Below are positions 60,896 through 64,000 of a stretch of DNA of 64,000 bases, piece by piece (positions within the stretch are counted from its first letter, which is position 1; each line of letters opens with the position of its first letter). Position numbers and translations under genes: made by a program. Below the pieces are notes generated by a model. The model was not told where the DNA came from. It worked only from the letters and a program-made list of their open reading frames with translations, and made no database searches. Origin of the DNA: Amoebidium appalachense (taxonomy: Eukaryota > Protista > Ichthyosporea); the NCBI GenBank assembly GCA_963693365.1, contig CAVNZM010000018.1, forward strand, positions 1,359,861-1,423,860. The letters are read 5' to 3'.

Positions 60896-63009
60896 GAGCA
60901 TACTCTTGAGACTTCGCATCACACTTTTTGGAGACATCAGCGACCCGCTTTCGAACACCCTCGATGCTGGTAGACGAGTTAATCCTGTGCACATACTGAA
61001 CGGCCGATTTGGAATGCTTGGCAACATCCTGATCGACATGGAAGATGCACCGAAAAAGCTGGGCATGCGGAAATACGGCGCGTATGGTCTCCTCTGTCCC
61101 ATAAAAGGTATCCGATTAGAAAGGGGCCGTAGCAGATGTTGAAACACTAACCACATAACGTGCATAGAAAACCTCCTTCTTCCCCCCCCCCCCCCTTCCC
61201 CCCCCCCCCCCCCCCCCCCCCTGTTGCTCCGGGTACACAACGGAACACAGAAGAACGCCGGTTGTTAGACATGACCCATTTTACAAATTACCACCCGCTT
61301 CCAGCTCCAAGCTCCAAGTCGTAAGAAAACACTATTACAAACACACATGCACACAAGAAAACATATGCAGACTCACAAAACAGACATGCACACACAGATA
61401 GATAGACAGCGTGACAGACACAGACACACACACACAAACATAACATCACTCCGTCACCCAAGTACAAACACACCTATATACACAAGTGGTGAAATACTTG
61501 TTTGCATGCACACATACACAAACACAAACACAGAACATGCAGGCAACCCACGCACGCACACACACTCACAACCTCAAACACACACACATACACGCACGCA
61601 CGCACGCCCACCCGCCCGCCCACCCGCCCGTCCACCCGCATGCACGCACGCACAGAACGCATAAGCACGTACATACAAATGCACACACCCACACTCTCGC
61701 ACACAGATGCAAGTAGGAACACATACACATATGTTCACGCACACAGGCGCACAGATGCATACGGACACGCACACAGGCGCACACACATGGTAGACTCACA
61801 CACAATCACACGTGCACACACACATGCAGACGCACGCACAAACACAGGATCACTCACACATGCACACACGAGCACACGCGCGAACACACACAGTAAGCAC
61901 AATCACACTGCAATCATGGCATGGTTGCCATACCTTTGACCAGGTTGTCCGCCATCACAGCCTGCACGAGGTTTGTCATGTCTGGCCCCCCATCCTCGGC
62001 CATCATATCCACCAACCCCCTTAACATATTTCCATATGCAGCATTGGTCTCCTGCGCAAAAAAACAGAAGGCCAGAGCCTGCAGGCGACCATTGGCGTCG
62101 AGGGCATATGGATTGAGCATGGGGAATCCAAACTCAGTGATACCGTGCTTGGCATCGAGGTGCAGGCAGAGAGCGCTGTACAAATGCACCTTCTGCCGTC
62201 CAGTCATGAACATAAACCCCTCGATTGCGTTCTGCTGATTGGTAAAAACTTTAAATGAGAAATGGTCCCCTTCCGCCTTCAGTTTTGTCAAATCGTTGAC
62301 GATTGACTGGGCCTCACTGCGCATGCGCACGGGATCATCAAGGGTACTCGCCTCCATCTGCGCATTGACCTCCCTGTTTGCGCGTACCCGAATTTTTTTG
62401 AAAAATTCGGAGTCCATTTCCCCGTCGTACATGTGTTGATAGGGTAGAAGGATATCCCTGTAGAAACCACAAAACCCAACGTCATAAGCAATATTACCAT
62501 GTAATGGAACCAACGGAAATATTGACACAAAGGTAGAGCGCAATGCAAAGTGTTGTTATCCCAAATATGGATACGAATATCCATGATCTAGAAAGACCCC
62601 CCCCCCCCCCCCCCCCCTTCCTCTTCTCTCCCCCCGGCGCGTCCGCCCTTTCTATCATCCGTCCTCCATCCCTTAATAAGGCCTTCCCATCTATAATGCA
62701 CAATACCTGTGGGTTTTGTGAAATGTACGAATTCTTCCCAGAGAGTTTACATAAATAGTGATATACTTGCAAACTTTCATGGATATTCTTGAGATACACG
62801 AAAAATTCGGTTTTTCATGGATATTCTTGAGACGGCAGCCGAAGGTTTTTTTTAGCTCTTCAAGTTAATAGCATACACATATACACACATATAATATAAT
62901 CATTGGGGGGGGGGGGGGGGGTCCTGGATGTTGCCATCAAGCCAGTAAACCCCTACAAATCAATGACCCCCATCACTACACCCCTTACCCGGCACCACCA
63001 CCACCACCA

Positions 63010-63048
<39 letters not shown>

Positions 63049-64000
63049 CACACACACATACACACACACATAGACACACACACACATACACCAACCCCCC
63101 CCCCCCCCCCCAAAAAAAAAAAAAAAAAAAAAAAAACATACAAAACACAAACGGACACGCACTCACTCACACACAAACAAAAAGCACAAACGGGTACAGG
63201 TCGACCCCAAACAGATGCACTTAGTACTAGACCAGACCAACAGAACGAGTCTAACGGAGCAGCGGTAGTGCTTCAAACACCTCTCTACACGCACTCCCCC
63301 CCCCCCCCCCCCCCCCCTTCCATCCCCTCCTTGCTCTCTGAAAGCATTGTTACCTCCGTAGGATCCTTCTTTGCACCACCCCCACCGGCCCCAGGGTCAT
63401 CTCAACCGCTTACCACCTGCCCGACACCCACCCACACCACACTACAAAAAAACTCACGCGAAATTGACAAATAATGGGCCGTGGGGAGGGAGGGGAGGGG
63501 GTGGGGGGTGGGGGGGGGGGAGTGAAACCGGCTCCACGCAAGAGGAGGAGTAAGCGGAGGGGGGCCGGGGAGAGAGAGGAGGAGGAAGATGCCTCAGTAA
63601 GGCGGCTGTCAGAGTGTTACACGAGGCGAGTATGCGTAGAGTGGCTTGGACATCTGTAGGCACACTTGCGTAAAAACCATCGACAAGTTGGCCACTCTGA
63701 CGGAGCTTCGCGCTCAAGGCGATGGTGGACTCAGTGCCCAACCGGCACATGCCCGTGTGCTCCAGAGCGCACTTTGTAATTTCCCATTTCCCAGTGCTCT
63801 CGCCATTGACCAACGTAGGTTTCGCGATAACTGACCACTTACAACGGTGATCCTTCTGTACTGATTTTGATCCATATATGCAACCAAACTGAACCATTTC
63901 GCGCCCCTCCTTGGTTTCTGTGCGTGGTTTTACGGCAAAAACCATGCTCGGATTGGTGGGATGTAGAGCATGAGTTTTCCCATGTCGCTCAAAACTGGGT
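59685..64000 (-). mobile_element. Mutator/MULE transposase gene, intron-containing, partly decayed, running off the window end
   Basis: 63590-64000: FAR1/WRKY-like FGC..RCKWSV..WEITKCALEHTGMC. Exon 61934-62457: MULE core LHLDAKHG..FPML..LDANGRLQALAFCFFAQETNAAY..VMAD. SWIM-like remnants at ~61150-61300. Knuckle CGICASLDHRAPWC at ~60025-60065; stop at 59685. Confidence 0.88.

Overview
Eukaryotic, repeat-dominated 64-kb window with very dense (CA)n/(GA)n microsatellites and poly-G/C runs. Most ORFs in the supplied track are microsatellite artefacts. Host-type genes: the 3' part of a spliced PH-like + 2xSH3 gene (ends 5913), an intronless BTB/POZ + SPRY-like gene (21248-22201) with a decayed paralogue (6853-7227), and a head-to-head inverted pair of near-identical OFA-type MFS transporter genes (41100-42779, 44379-46052). 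Mobile DNA: a near-intact Ty1/copia element (24500-~30050, minus) abutting a young Ngaro-type tyrosine-recombinase retrotransposon with split direct repeats (30184-35657); a TRIM-like mini LTR element sharing the copia cis signals (51885-52886); decayed LINEs; an ISL2EU/Harbinger-type transposase facing an XPG/Exo1-family nuclease gene that the ORF track misses; an intron-containing Mutator transposase; MITEs; and a Helentron/DINE-1-like element. Best leads: (i) a ~180-nt helix-conserved but sequence-diverged motif found twice (7.7 kb and 47.6 kb), each time behind a tRNA-like segment; (ii) an ISL2EU-like transposase paired with an XPG/Exo1 nuclease instead of YqaJ; (iii) both copia-type elements sitting in poly-G tracts in the same orientation. 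All calls are by eye; no searches were run and the organism cannot be determined.
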